Assembly: GCA_963664225.1 (NCBI GenBank)
Contig: OY760937.1
Span: 3,552,001-3,616,000 of the forward strand
Direction of reading: 5' to 3'
Source of the DNA: Verrucomicrobiia bacterium
Lineage (GTDB): Bacteria; Verrucomicrobiota; Verrucomicrobiia; Limisphaerales; UBA1319
DNA length: 64,000 bases
The position numbers and the translations under genes were made by a program. Of this stretch, positions 34,616 through 43,548 are shown piece after piece; positions within the stretch are counted from its first letter, which is position 1; the number at the start of each line of letters is the position of its first letter. Below the pieces are notes generated by a model, which did not search any database, was not told the DNA's origin, and saw only the letters and a list, made by a program, of their open reading frames with translations.

Positions 34616-35893
34616 TTACCGACTGAGCACGACGTAATTTCTTTTGCCTTTGCGCAACAACAGGTGTTTGCCGAAAAGCAAATCCGCAGAGGTGACGTTG
34701 CGATGAGTTCCCTCCACGCGGGTATTGTTCAGATAAATGCCGCCGCCCTCGACATCCTTGCGGGCCTGGCCCTTGGACTGGCACAAGCCGGAAAGCACCA
34801 ACAGGTCGCCAATCGGCGTTCCCGCACCCTCCAGCGGCGTGGCGTCCAATGACTTCGTGGGGACTTCACCGGCGACATCGTTGAAGGTGGCCTCGGACAC
34901 ACCGGTCAATTCGCCGCCGAAAAGAATTTCACTGGCACGCACGGCGTCGGCCAATGCGGCCTCGCCATGAATGAGCGTGGTGACCTCGCGAGCCAGGGCC
35001 TTGTGGGCGGCGCGGGCCTCGGGTTTCTGCGCGTGTTGCGCGGCCAGGTCGTCGATCTGTTCCTTCGGCAGGAAGGTGAAAAACTTGAGCAGCTTGATCA
35101 CGTCCCGGTCGTCGGTGCGAATCCAGAACTGGTAAAAACGATAGACGCTGGTTTTCGCCGGATCGAGCCAGATGGCGCCCGCGACGGATTTGCCGAACTT
35201 CGAGCCGTCGGCATTGGTGATCAACGGCACGGTGAGTCCGTAGGCCTGGCGGTTGAGTTTTTTGCGGCACAAATCGATGCCAGCGGTGATGTTGCCCCAT
35301 TGGTCGCTGCCGCCGATCTGGAGTTCGCAATCGAACGCCCCGCATTGGTGGCAGAAATCGTAGGCCTGGAGCAGCATGTAGCTGAACTCGGTGTAGCTGA
35401 TGCCGACCTCGCGATCCTCCATGCGGGCGCGCACGCTCTCCTTGGCGATCATCATGTTGACCGTGAAATATTTGCCAACGTCGCGGAGAAAATCCAGGAA
35501 CGTGATCGGCGCAAACCAGTCGGCGTTGTCGTGCAGGCGGGCGGGATTGCCGGGGCGGTCGAATTCCAGCAGGCGGCGCAACTGGTTCTTCACGCACGCG
35601 ATGTTGCCGGTGAGCGTTTCGCGATTGAGCAACTGGCGCTCGGTCGTTTTGCCGCTGGGATCGCCAATCAACCCGGTGGCTCCACCGGCGAGCGCAATCG
35701 GCAGGTGGCCGCACAATTGGAAGCGGCGCAGCGTCAGCAACGGCACGAGATTGCCCACATGGAGGCTGTCCGCAGTGGGGTCAAATCCACAGTACAGGGT
35801 GATCGGACCCTTCTCCAGCCGCTTGGCCAGACCGGGCATGTCCGTGCAATCCATCAATAATCCGCGCCATTCCAATTCCTGTAAAATATTCAT
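34616..35893 (-). CDS. tyrS: Tyrosine--tRNA ligase
   Basis: YCGFDPTADSLHVGN, QIGGSDQWGNI, KFGKS and a C-terminal S4 domain. Confidence 0.98.
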   Translation of the reverse strand: MNILQELEWRGLLMDCTDMPGLAKRLEKGPITLYCGFDPTADSLHVGNLVPLLTLRRFQLCGHLPIALAGGATGLIGDPSGKTTERQLLNRETLTGNIACVKNQLRRLLEFDRPGNPARLHDNADWFAPITFLDFLRDVGKYFTVNMMIAKESVRARMEDREVGISYTEFSYMLLQAYDFCHQCGAFDCELQIGGSDQWGNITAGIDLCRKKLNRQAYGLTVPLITNADGSKFGKSVAGAIWLDPAKTSVYRFYQFWIRTDDRDVIKLLKFFTFLPKEQIDDLAAQHAQKPEARAAHKALAREVTTLIHGEAALADAVRASEILFGGELTGVSEATFNDVAGEVPTKSLDATPLEGAGTPIGDLLVLSGLCQSKGQARKDVEGGGIYLNNTRVEGTHRNVTSADLLFGKHLLLRKGKRNYVVLSR

Positions 35894-36206
35894 GATCGAT
35901 CCTCGAGGCGTGGGGGCGGAAACCGGTCGTTCCGGAAAAATCGTCCGCTCTCAAGCCACGATTGTCAGCGATTCTAGGGAACGTTCCGAAAAAAACGAAT
36001 ATTTTATCGCGGAGGAAAAAAACGGCCCGAGTCGAATCCAATGAAAACATATCAGCAGTTGCAATCGAGAGAGATAATCTACTTGCTGAGGCAGCAGTCA
36101 AAAGCACTTGAAAAATGAAGTGCCACAAGGAAAAGGCGATTTTCAAGAACTCCTTTTACTGAGAGAAAGGCACATTTGCCCTCCGTTTGAATTATTGCTG
36201 AAACGT

Positions 36207-36695
36207 TTATCGCCGATTCTCTGGAGCGTCTAACAAAGCAGCAACACTACGAAATGCTTCAAAGTTCTTTCCAGAGATATTGATTCCTGTTCGAAGCCTG
36301 TCAAGGTACTCAAAGTATTTTTTAACTTCATTATTACGATATATCCGAATGAATTCGTATTTAATCAAATTCAAGTCTTTGAGTGTGATTACACCCAAAC
36401 GATGTAGTACTGCTATCTTTTCGAAATAGCTCAGAAGAAGGTCAAGCATTCGCTCCTCAGGGGAATTGTGAAATTCTGGACCATACCTAAACTGACCATA
36501 GTCTATCGAATAAAACATTTTCGCGGCTTCAGGATCTGCTGTATATTTGTGAAATACAGAGACGATGAATTCTGCACGTTTGCGCTTGGAGTCCTGCCAA
36601 AGCTGCCAAAGCGTGAGAAATAACCCCAATGCCGCCATCAGGAAACCGGCTGCAGCAATAAGATCGCCAAGACTGAATTCTGGTTTGAATGTCAT
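36207..36695 (-). CDS. AT-rich hypothetical membrane-anchored protein (DUF4760-like)
   Basis: N-terminal TM followed by LLSYFEKIAVL; visibly lower GC than the flanks. Confidence 0.6.
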   Translation of the reverse strand: MTFKPEFSLGDLIAAAGFLMAALGLFLTLWQLWQDSKRKRAEFIVSVFHKYTADPEAAKMFYSIDYGQFRYGPEFHNSPEERMLDLLLSYFEKIAVLHRLGVITLKDLNLIKYEFIRIYRNNEVKKYFEYLDRLRTGINISGKNFEAFRSVAALLDAPENRR

Positions 36696-36865
36696 ATTAA
36701 GTCAGAAGCGCATATCAACGTTATTCCTTTAAACCGCCAAAACTGGAAACAAATCGGATTGCCAGTAATATTTAAGTGAATAAACGCATGATATTACATT
36801 CAGAGCAAGACATTATTTATGCCGAAAAAAGTACATGCCTGCAGGAAAATCTGGAATCAGCGAAC

Positions 36866-36952
36866 GTCAGCGCGAACGGCGAGAACGCATATAAACCTGG
36901 AGCAACGCCACAGTTAAACCGAGACCAACAAAACAAAGGGCTGAAGGCTCGT
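36866..36952. repeat. Degenerate REP doublet
   Basis: AGCGCGAACGGCG..CCTGGAGCAACGCCACAG..AGGGCTGAAGGCTC, resembling units at ~3240 and ~46961. Confidence 0.45.
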
Positions 36953-36963
36953 GAAGGACCTTA

Positions 36964-37296
36964 TCACAGTTTGACGACGACCTGTCTCGACTTCCAATAA
37001 AAGGCAAAACCAGCGGCACCCATCAGCAAGGGCACGAGAAACAGCCAGCCAAGGTCGAAGTGGAATTGAAATTCATCGCGCTGCAGCGATAATGGAATCT
37101 GGGCGCAAACTCCCATCAATCCAAAAATGAGCGGGGCGAGCGCAAACCAAAGTCGCCGTCTCTGAGTGGATGCGCGCATCGAAATCAAACCGCTCACGCA
37201 GAGGCCGCCCCAAACAAGCAATACAGCGCCCAGTATGGCCAGTATGGGCCAATACTCGCGCGGGTCGTTGATGATGTCGTGGATCAATTCGCGCAT
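36964..37296 (-). CDS. Hypothetical three-TM membrane protein
   Basis: 110-aa ORF with three hydrophobic segments. Confidence 0.6.
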   Translation of the reverse strand: MRELIHDIINDPREYWPILAILGAVLLVWGGLCVSGLISMRASTQRRRLWFALAPLIFGLMGVCAQIPLSLQRDEFQFHFDLGWLFLVPLLMGAAGFAFYWKSRQVVVKL

Positions 37297-37545
37297 AATT
37301 TTAATTGTTGGAGAACGCTCCCCCCATGGTTCGGTTCGTGCCTGGTTTTCGAATTCGTTTCACCAAACAGCCTGCGGCGACAGTTGCGGTCTCTCGCAGT
37401 TCTGCCTGCTCTTATGATTGTCAGAATCTCACGCCGCCAGCAAGATTGTTTGCGCGCGAGTCGGCCACGCCATTGCGGCGGCGATCGCGCAGGGTTAGGG
37501 TAGGCGGCGGCGCGACCGGTTCCAATGTGGAAAAGGCGGCCGCGA

Positions 37546-40239
37546 ATGAGCCGGTTTCTTGTGAGCGAATTAACCGAAGATAACACGATCGTGATTCGCG
37601 GGGCGCGCGAGCACAATTTAAAGAACATCTCGCTGGAAATCCCGCGCGGCAAATTTGTCGTGGTGACGGGTGTCAGCGGTTCGGGCAAGAGCACGCTGGC
37701 GTTCGATCTGCTGTTTGCGGAGGGGCAGCGGCGGTTTCTGGACGCGATGAATGCCTATGCGCGGCAATTCGTGGAGCAACTGCCCCGGCCGGACGTGGAT
37801 TTGATTTCGGGCATCCCCCCCTCGGTGAGCATTGAGCAGCGCAACAGCCGGGGCGGCGGCAAAAGCACGGTGTCCACCGTGACGGAGATTTACCATTTTC
37901 TGCGGCTGCTTTTCGCGCGTTTGGGAACGACCTACTGCCCGGATTGCCAGTTGCCCGTGGAGGCGCGCACCCGGGATGCGGTGGGCCGCGCGCTGCTCCA
38001 GGAAATGAAAAAGCGCGGAGACCTCCTGCTCCTGGCGCCTGTGGTCAAGAATCGCAAGGGCTTTCATACCGACGTGGCGGCCTGGGCGGCGCGACGCGGT
38101 TATGCGGAAATCCGGGCGGATGGGAAGATGCTGCCGACGAGCGAGGTGCTGCGGATGGACCGCTTCCATGAGCACAACGTGGAGATTGTGACCGGGATTC
38201 TGGAGAGCAAGCGCGGCCACAAGGGCCCCCCGGCGCAGGAGTTGATCGACGAGGCGCTCAAGCTGGGCGGCGGTGTGGTGTATGCGTTGGACAATCACAA
38301 GACGACCACGATGCATTCCACGGAACGGGCCTGCCCCAAATGCAGCCGTTCGTTTGAGCCGCTGGATCCCCGGATGCTCAGCTACAATTCCCCTCGTGGG
38401 TGGTGCCCGCGCTGTCGCGGTTTTGGAGAGCTTTTCTTCCTGCCCGATGTGGAGCGGGGCGCGAACGCCGAGTCCATTGAGGAATCCTGGTATAGCTGGC
38501 AGGAGGGCGAGCGGGAGCCGTGCCCGGAATGCGGTGGCGGACGCCTGAATGCCGTGGCGCGGGCCGTGCGCCTGGACGCGGTCGTGCGCGGTGGTCGGAC
38601 CCCCGGTCCCACGCTGGATCTGCTGGCCGCAATGGATGTGCAGGAAGCGTCGCGGTATTTTGGGAAGTGGCAGTTGACGGGCCGGTCCGCAGCGGTGGCG
38701 CGGGATATCCTGCCGGAAATCTGCGAGCGGCTGAAATTTCTTCGCGAGGTGGGCCTGGGCTACCTGCAACTGGGGCGCGGCGTGACGACCTTGTCCAGCG
38801 GCGAGTCCCAGCGCATCCGGCTGGCGGCGCAACTGGGATCGAATTTAAGCGGGGTGCTCTATGTGCTGGACGAGCCGACCATTGGCCTGCACGCGCGGGA
38901 CAACGAGCAATTGCTGGCCACGCTGGCGGCGTTGCGCGCGCGTGGGAATTCGCTGGTGGTGGTGGAGCATGACGAGGCGACCATGCGCCAGGCCGATCAC
39001 ATCATCGACCTGGGACCCGGCGCGGGCGTGCATGGAGGCGAGGTCGTGGCCAGCGGCACGCTTGCCGAATTGATGCGCCACCCGGAATCGTTGACTGGCC
39101 AGTTCCTGCGGACCAAGCGGACTTATCCCGCGCGGGGCGAGCGCCGTCCTGTGACAGGGCTGAAGAAGATTTCCAAGGATGGCAGTTCTGGTTATGCAGG
39201 CTGGCTGGTGCTTGAAAAAGCGGCGCGGAATAATTTGAAGGACGTGACTGTGGCGTTTCCGCTGAACCGCCTGGTGGTGGTGTCCGGCGTCAGCGGTTCC
39301 GGCAAGAGCACGCTCACTCGCGAATGCCTGCTTCCGGCGCTGGCGGCGAAACTCGGGAATGCAAAGGGCAAATCCGTTCCAAACAACCAGGGTGGCACGT
39401 TGCATGGATGGGAGGCGCTCAAGGCGGTTTATGAAGTCGATCAGGCGCCCATCGGACGCACGCCTCGTTCCATACCGGCGACCTATGTGGGCTTTTTCGA
39501 CGCCATACGGCAGATGTATGCGCAGGTGCCCGAGGCGCGGTTGCGCGGCTACAGTCCAAGCCGGTTTTCATTCAACAGCGCGCAAGGGCGATGTCCCGAG
39601 TGCGAAGGCGCGGGAGTGATCAAACTGGAAATGAATTTTCTGCCTGCGGCACTGGTGCGTTGTGAAACCTGCGCGGGCACGCGGTTCAACCGCGAAACGC
39701 TGGATATTGAATTTCACGGACGGAACATTGCGCAGACGCTCGACTTGAGCGTGGCCGAGGCGATTGATTTCTTCCAGGCGCTGCCCGCGATCCGGCGTCC
39801 GCTTGAGGCGCTGCGCGATACGGGGCTTCATTATTTGAAACTGGGCCAGACCAGTCCCACACTGAGTGGCGGCGAGGCCCAGCGCATCAAACTGGTCACC
39901 CACCTGCTTTCCGGATTCAAGCAGGCGGCCGGGGCGCGTTCCCGCATGGGGGCCGCAGGGTCGTCCCTGTTTTTGCTGGAGGAACCGACCATTGGGCTTC
40001 ACGGGGCCGATGTGGTCAAATTGGTGGAGGTTCTTCAAAGACTACTGGACGCGGGGCACTCGGTCATCGTCATCGAGCACAACCTGGATTTGATCGCCGA
40101 GGCGGATTGGGTGATCGATCTGGGACCGGAGGGTGGGGCGGGGGGCGGAACGGTCGTGGCGTGTGGTCCGCCGGAAATAATCGTGCGAAATAAGGACTCG
40201 CAAACCGGGCGGTTTTTGCGTAATCTGCTCCGTCCATGA
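37546..40239 (+). CDS. uvrA: Excinuclease ABC subunit A
   Basis: IRGAREHNLKN, two GVSGSGKS Walker A motifs, CxxC zinc fingers, DEPTIGLH and LSGGEAQRIKL. Confidence 0.93.
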   Translation: MSRFLVSELTEDNTIVIRGAREHNLKNISLEIPRGKFVVVTGVSGSGKSTLAFDLLFAEGQRRFLDAMNAYARQFVEQLPRPDVDLISGIPPSVSIEQRNSRGGGKSTVSTVTEIYHFLRLLFARLGTTYCPDCQLPVEARTRDAVGRALLQEMKKRGDLLLLAPVVKNRKGFHTDVAAWAARRGYAEIRADGKMLPTSEVLRMDRFHEHNVEIVTGILESKRGHKGPPAQELIDEALKLGGGVVYALDNHKTTTMHSTERACPKCSRSFEPLDPRMLSYNSPRGWCPRCRGFGELFFLPDVERGANAESIEESWYSWQEGEREPCPECGGGRLNAVARAVRLDAVVRGGRTPGPTLDLLAAMDVQEASRYFGKWQLTGRSAAVARDILPEICERLKFLREVGLGYLQLGRGVTTLSSGESQRIRLAAQLGSNLSGVLYVLDEPTIGLHARDNEQLLATLAALRARGNSLVVVEHDEATMRQADHIIDLGPGAGVHGGEVVASGTLAELMRHPESLTGQFLRTKRTYPARGERRPVTGLKKISKDGSSGYAGWLVLEKAARNNLKDVTVAFPLNRLVVVSGVSGSGKSTLTRECLLPALAAKLGNAKGKSVPNNQGGTLHGWEALKAVYEVDQAPIGRTPRSIPATYVGFFDAIRQMYAQVPEARLRGYSPSRFSFNSAQGRCPECEGAGVIKLEMNFLPAALVRCETCAGTRFNRETLDIEFHGRNIAQTLDLSVAEAIDFFQALPAIRRPLEALRDTGLHYLKLGQTSPTLSGGEAQRIKLVTHLLSGFKQAAGARSRMGAAGSSLFLLEEPTIGLHGADVVKLVEVLQRLLDAGHSVIVIEHNLDLIAEADWVIDLGPEGGAGGGTVVACGPPEIIVRNKDSQTGRFLRNLLRP

Positions 40240-40706
40240 GCGATCCATACGAGGAAATAGTGGATGGTGAAACGCTGCTGCGGCTCCCTCCCAGCCCGCG
40301 ACACGAAGTCATTTGCCAGCGGCTGCATGCGACCGTGGCCACGGGGCTTGCCACCGTTTCCACGTCCCGTCTGCTTGCCGCCCGCTCCGTCGTCCAACTG
40401 GCTGCCGGAACACTGGTTCGGCCGGATCTGTCGCTGGTGACCGCCGCCACCGGCAAAATCTGGCTGGTCGCGGAAATCATCAGCTCGGACGATCATAAAT
40501 CCGACACGGTCATCAAAAAGATGATCTATGAGGAAATCAACCTGCCGAGGCTGTGGATGGTAGATCCACGGTATAACAACGTGGAAATCTATCACGGCAC
40601 CCCGTATGGTCTGGCTCTCAAATATATTCTTGCGGGGAAGGACTTGATCACCGAGGCCCTGCTGCCCGGTTTGGGCTTGACAGTGGACGAGCTGTTTCAG
40701 GTTTGA
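40236..40706 (+). CDS. Uma2-family (DUF820) endonuclease-fold protein
   Basis: EIVDG, PSPRH, RPD, VAEIIS, K..IY, WMVDP; ATGA overlap with uvrA. Confidence 0.85.
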   Translation: MSDPYEEIVDGETLLRLPPSPRHEVICQRLHATVATGLATVSTSRLLAARSVVQLAAGTLVRPDLSLVTAATGKIWLVAEIISSDDHKSDTVIKKMIYEEINLPRLWMVDPRYNNVEIYHGTPYGLALKYILAGKDLITEALLPGLGLTVDELFQV

Positions 40707-40950
40707 AGTCATTGCGAGAGGGGGCTTTCCAGCATGACCCCGTGCGGGAAATGGCAAAAAAGGAGGAGGAAATAACAAAATCGGTGTTTTTAAGTTGCTT
40801 ATGGTTATGATAAGCTAAGCGAAATCATGAAGGGCCCATTGCGAATTCGTCCCGGATCGAATCATGGAACCGACGTCAGGAGAGGACGTGGGGCGCGCGG
40901 TGGTTTCATCGAAGTGGCGGAGGGTCAAAGACTTGGGCAATAGAGGTGGC

Positions 40951-42585
40951 ATGAAACGATTTCCTAAATATCCGGGCAAAATCCCTCAGTTGATGTGGAT
41001 TTGCGCGCTCTTATTCGCGACCGCAAACCGCCTGTCGGCTTTCGACACGGGGACGCACTTGAAGGGTATTCACCCAGGCGGGATGCCGCCCCAGCCGATC
41101 ATCACTTCCCTGAACCAGACGGGGCAGAATTTCACAATGACATGGGACGGTTTCAACGGTCCCTATCGGATTGAGGCCACCACCAACCTGCATGCGGGCC
41201 AATGGGAACTGATTGGTAGCCCCACCTATTTTTCGTCCAACACTTTCCAGGCTCCAAACCCGGCGATGGGCGTGATCCGCATTTCCGGTCCGGCGCCGAT
41301 CTTTGCCGGGGCGACCAACTGCACGACCTGCCACAAAAGCGTTCATACGGACTGGATGGGCACCACGCATGCGATTGCGCTGGAATCCCTGAAAAGGATC
41401 GGCATGGGGAACAACGCGTCGTGTCTGCCGTGCCACACCGTCGGTTATGGGCTTTCCACCGGTTTCAAAGATGAGGCCACCACGCCGCAGTTTGCGGGGG
41501 TGCAATGCGAGAATTGCCACGGTCCGGCGGCCGATCACGCCGCCAATCCAGCCGATCCGCTGACCATTCCGCGCAAGGAGATCGCCTCCACATTGTGCGG
41601 CGGCTGCCATTCGGGCGTCAACCATCCGACCTATGAGGAATGGTCGAAGTCCGGTCACGTTCGTGTCACGACCGTGCCGGCGGCCTATTTCTTAAATACC
41701 GATACCAACACCAGCGTGGCGCGGATGAATACCTGCGGTCCCTGCCATTCGGGGGCGGTGCGCCTCTCCATGATCGATGGTCGGCCATTGCCGTCGCCTG
41801 CAGAAGCCGCCGAGGTGGCCATCAATTGCATCATTTGTCACGAGCCTCATAAATCGACGGTCAACGGCCATCGCCTGCGCAGTCCTGAATACTCGACCAA
41901 TTTCTTTTCCTACAACACCGCCGCCACTTTTGCCTCGCAATACAATCCGGAAATCAACATGTGCGGCCAATGCCACAACGCGCGTGGCGCCAAAGTGACG
42001 GACAGCTCGCGTCCTCCGCACGGTTCTCCCCAATACAATATCCTGTTGGGTAATATCGGCGTGACGAACAACAATAAGCCGATTATGTCCCCGCACTGGA
42101 AGATTTCCAATCAATGCGCCCATTGCCACATGCAGCAGCGCACTGTGGATCATCCCACCGTGGAGAATCCGGTTCTCACCGGGCATTCCGCCCGGGTGGT
42201 GACCCTGGACACCTGCTTGGAGTGCCATGATTCGCCCCAGGATACGATGGATACGGTTCAAACGGACATCATCGCGCACATTTACATGATCAAGGGTTTG
42301 CTCGACCAGTGGGGCAAAACCAAGTCCAATCCCGCGCTGCGCGCAAAATACGGAGCGTTGGCCTGGGAATACACCGCAGCGGGTCCGCTCTCGAGTCCGG
42401 ATGGCTCCCTTTCAGGTCCCAGCGGCACCGAGCAGGGGCTCATAACACAGCCGATCAAGGATGCGCGCTTTAACCTGTATCTAATCGATCTGGACGGCAG
42501 TTATGGCGTGCATAACTCGGGGTATTCGTATTATTTGCTCAAGGTGGCCGAGGACAAAGTCAGGGCCGAATTGGCGAGGCCTTAG
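40951..42585 (+). CDS. Secreted nonaheme c-type cytochrome
   Basis: Signal peptide; 9 CxxCH (CTTCH, CLPCH, CENCH, CGGCH, CGPCH, CIICH, CGQCH, CAHCH, CLECH); helical C-terminus with DGSYGVHN. Confidence 0.92.
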   Translation: MKRFPKYPGKIPQLMWICALLFATANRLSAFDTGTHLKGIHPGGMPPQPIITSLNQTGQNFTMTWDGFNGPYRIEATTNLHAGQWELIGSPTYFSSNTFQAPNPAMGVIRISGPAPIFAGATNCTTCHKSVHTDWMGTTHAIALESLKRIGMGNNASCLPCHTVGYGLSTGFKDEATTPQFAGVQCENCHGPAADHAANPADPLTIPRKEIASTLCGGCHSGVNHPTYEEWSKSGHVRVTTVPAAYFLNTDTNTSVARMNTCGPCHSGAVRLSMIDGRPLPSPAEAAEVAINCIICHEPHKSTVNGHRLRSPEYSTNFFSYNTAATFASQYNPEINMCGQCHNARGAKVTDSSRPPHGSPQYNILLGNIGVTNNNKPIMSPHWKISNQCAHCHMQQRTVDHPTVENPVLTGHSARVVTLDTCLECHDSPQDTMDTVQTDIIAHIYMIKGLLDQWGKTKSNPALRAKYGALAWEYTAAGPLSSPDGSLSGPSGTEQGLITQPIKDARFNLYLIDLDGSYGVHNSGYSYYLLKVAEDKVRAELARP

Positions 42586-42697
42586 CGCCCGTTTTATTAA
42601 ACAATGGACTCAGGGCTGAGAACTTAACGCGACGCATGCGGCCATGATTCCGGCGCATTGCGCGCAGGACGTGCCGCAACCAGTACAAATCACATTT

Positions 42698-43534
42698 ATG
42701 GGGAAAATCAAAAGGAATTGGAAAAGTCTTCTGGCATCGGCGCTGCTGGTGGCATCAGCGGCTTTTCTGGTTGTTTCCTGCGAAACGGTGCATCGAACCG
42801 TGGTGGTGCCGCCCAACATTCCAGGGGCGACTTTTGTGGGTTCGGATGCCTGCGCGCAATGTCACGAGAACATCACCCGGGACTTTCCCACGGCCACGCA
42901 TGCGCGATTGCGGGCGCAGGGGACCAACGCGTTCAACATGGGCTGCGAGTCCTGCCACGGACCCGGCAGTCTCCATGTGGAATCGGCGGGTGAGCGCAAA
43001 CTCTCCACAAACTTCAGCCCCGGCCAGCCCAGGGTGCGCTCGGGCAGCCAGCGGCAAACCATCGTCAATCCCCGGCGCAATGCGGACAACTGCTTCGACT
43101 GCCATCTGGACAAGCGGGGCCAGTTCGAATTGCCCAACCATCATCCTGTCCCTGAAGGCAAGGTGAGTTGCGGCGATTGCCATGACCCGCACAAGGGCCC
43201 GGCGGTCAAGGAGGGTGGAACCTCCCTGCTTTCAGAGAACGAGACCTGTGTGAAGTGCCATACGGCACAGCGCGGGCCTTTCGTGTTCGAGCACGAGGCC
43301 ATGCGGGAGGGCTGCATCACCTGCCACGATCCTCATGGAACGGTAAACGCCAAAATGCTGACCAGCCGCAACAGCACACTCTGTCTTAAGTGTCATTTCC
43401 AGCAGGTTCAGGGCGGGCGGATTTTGATCGGTGGATCAGACCATTCGCTGCGGTTATCCCAGGGCACCTGTTGGACGGGTGGCTGTCATGAGGCCATTCA
43501 TGGTTCCCAAGTCAATTCATCGCTGCGGTTTTAA
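42698..43534 (+). CDS. MtrA/DmsE-like periplasmic multiheme cytochrome (7 CxxCH + 1 Cx4CH)
   Basis: CESCHGPGSLH, HHPVPEGKVSCGDCHDPH, GPFVFEH and HEAIHGS are MtrA-type motifs; possible lipobox VVSC. Confidence 0.88.
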   Translation: MGKIKRNWKSLLASALLVASAAFLVVSCETVHRTVVVPPNIPGATFVGSDACAQCHENITRDFPTATHARLRAQGTNAFNMGCESCHGPGSLHVESAGERKLSTNFSPGQPRVRSGSQRQTIVNPRRNADNCFDCHLDKRGQFELPNHHPVPEGKVSCGDCHDPHKGPAVKEGGTSLLSENETCVKCHTAQRGPFVFEHEAMREGCITCHDPHGTVNAKMLTSRNSTLCLKCHFQQVQGGRILIGGSDHSLRLSQGTCWTGGCHEAIHGSQVNSSLRF

Positions 43535-43548
43535 CCCTTGGAAAACAC

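Noticed and set aside
34602..34784. MTase N-terminus overlapping tyrS
   Set aside because: Artefact of longest-ORF calling; a start just after the tyrS stop is more plausible.
37546..40239. UvrA motif deviations (LSSGESQR, LLEEPT) as a sign of altered function
   Set aside because: Small substitutions that cannot be judged without an alignment.
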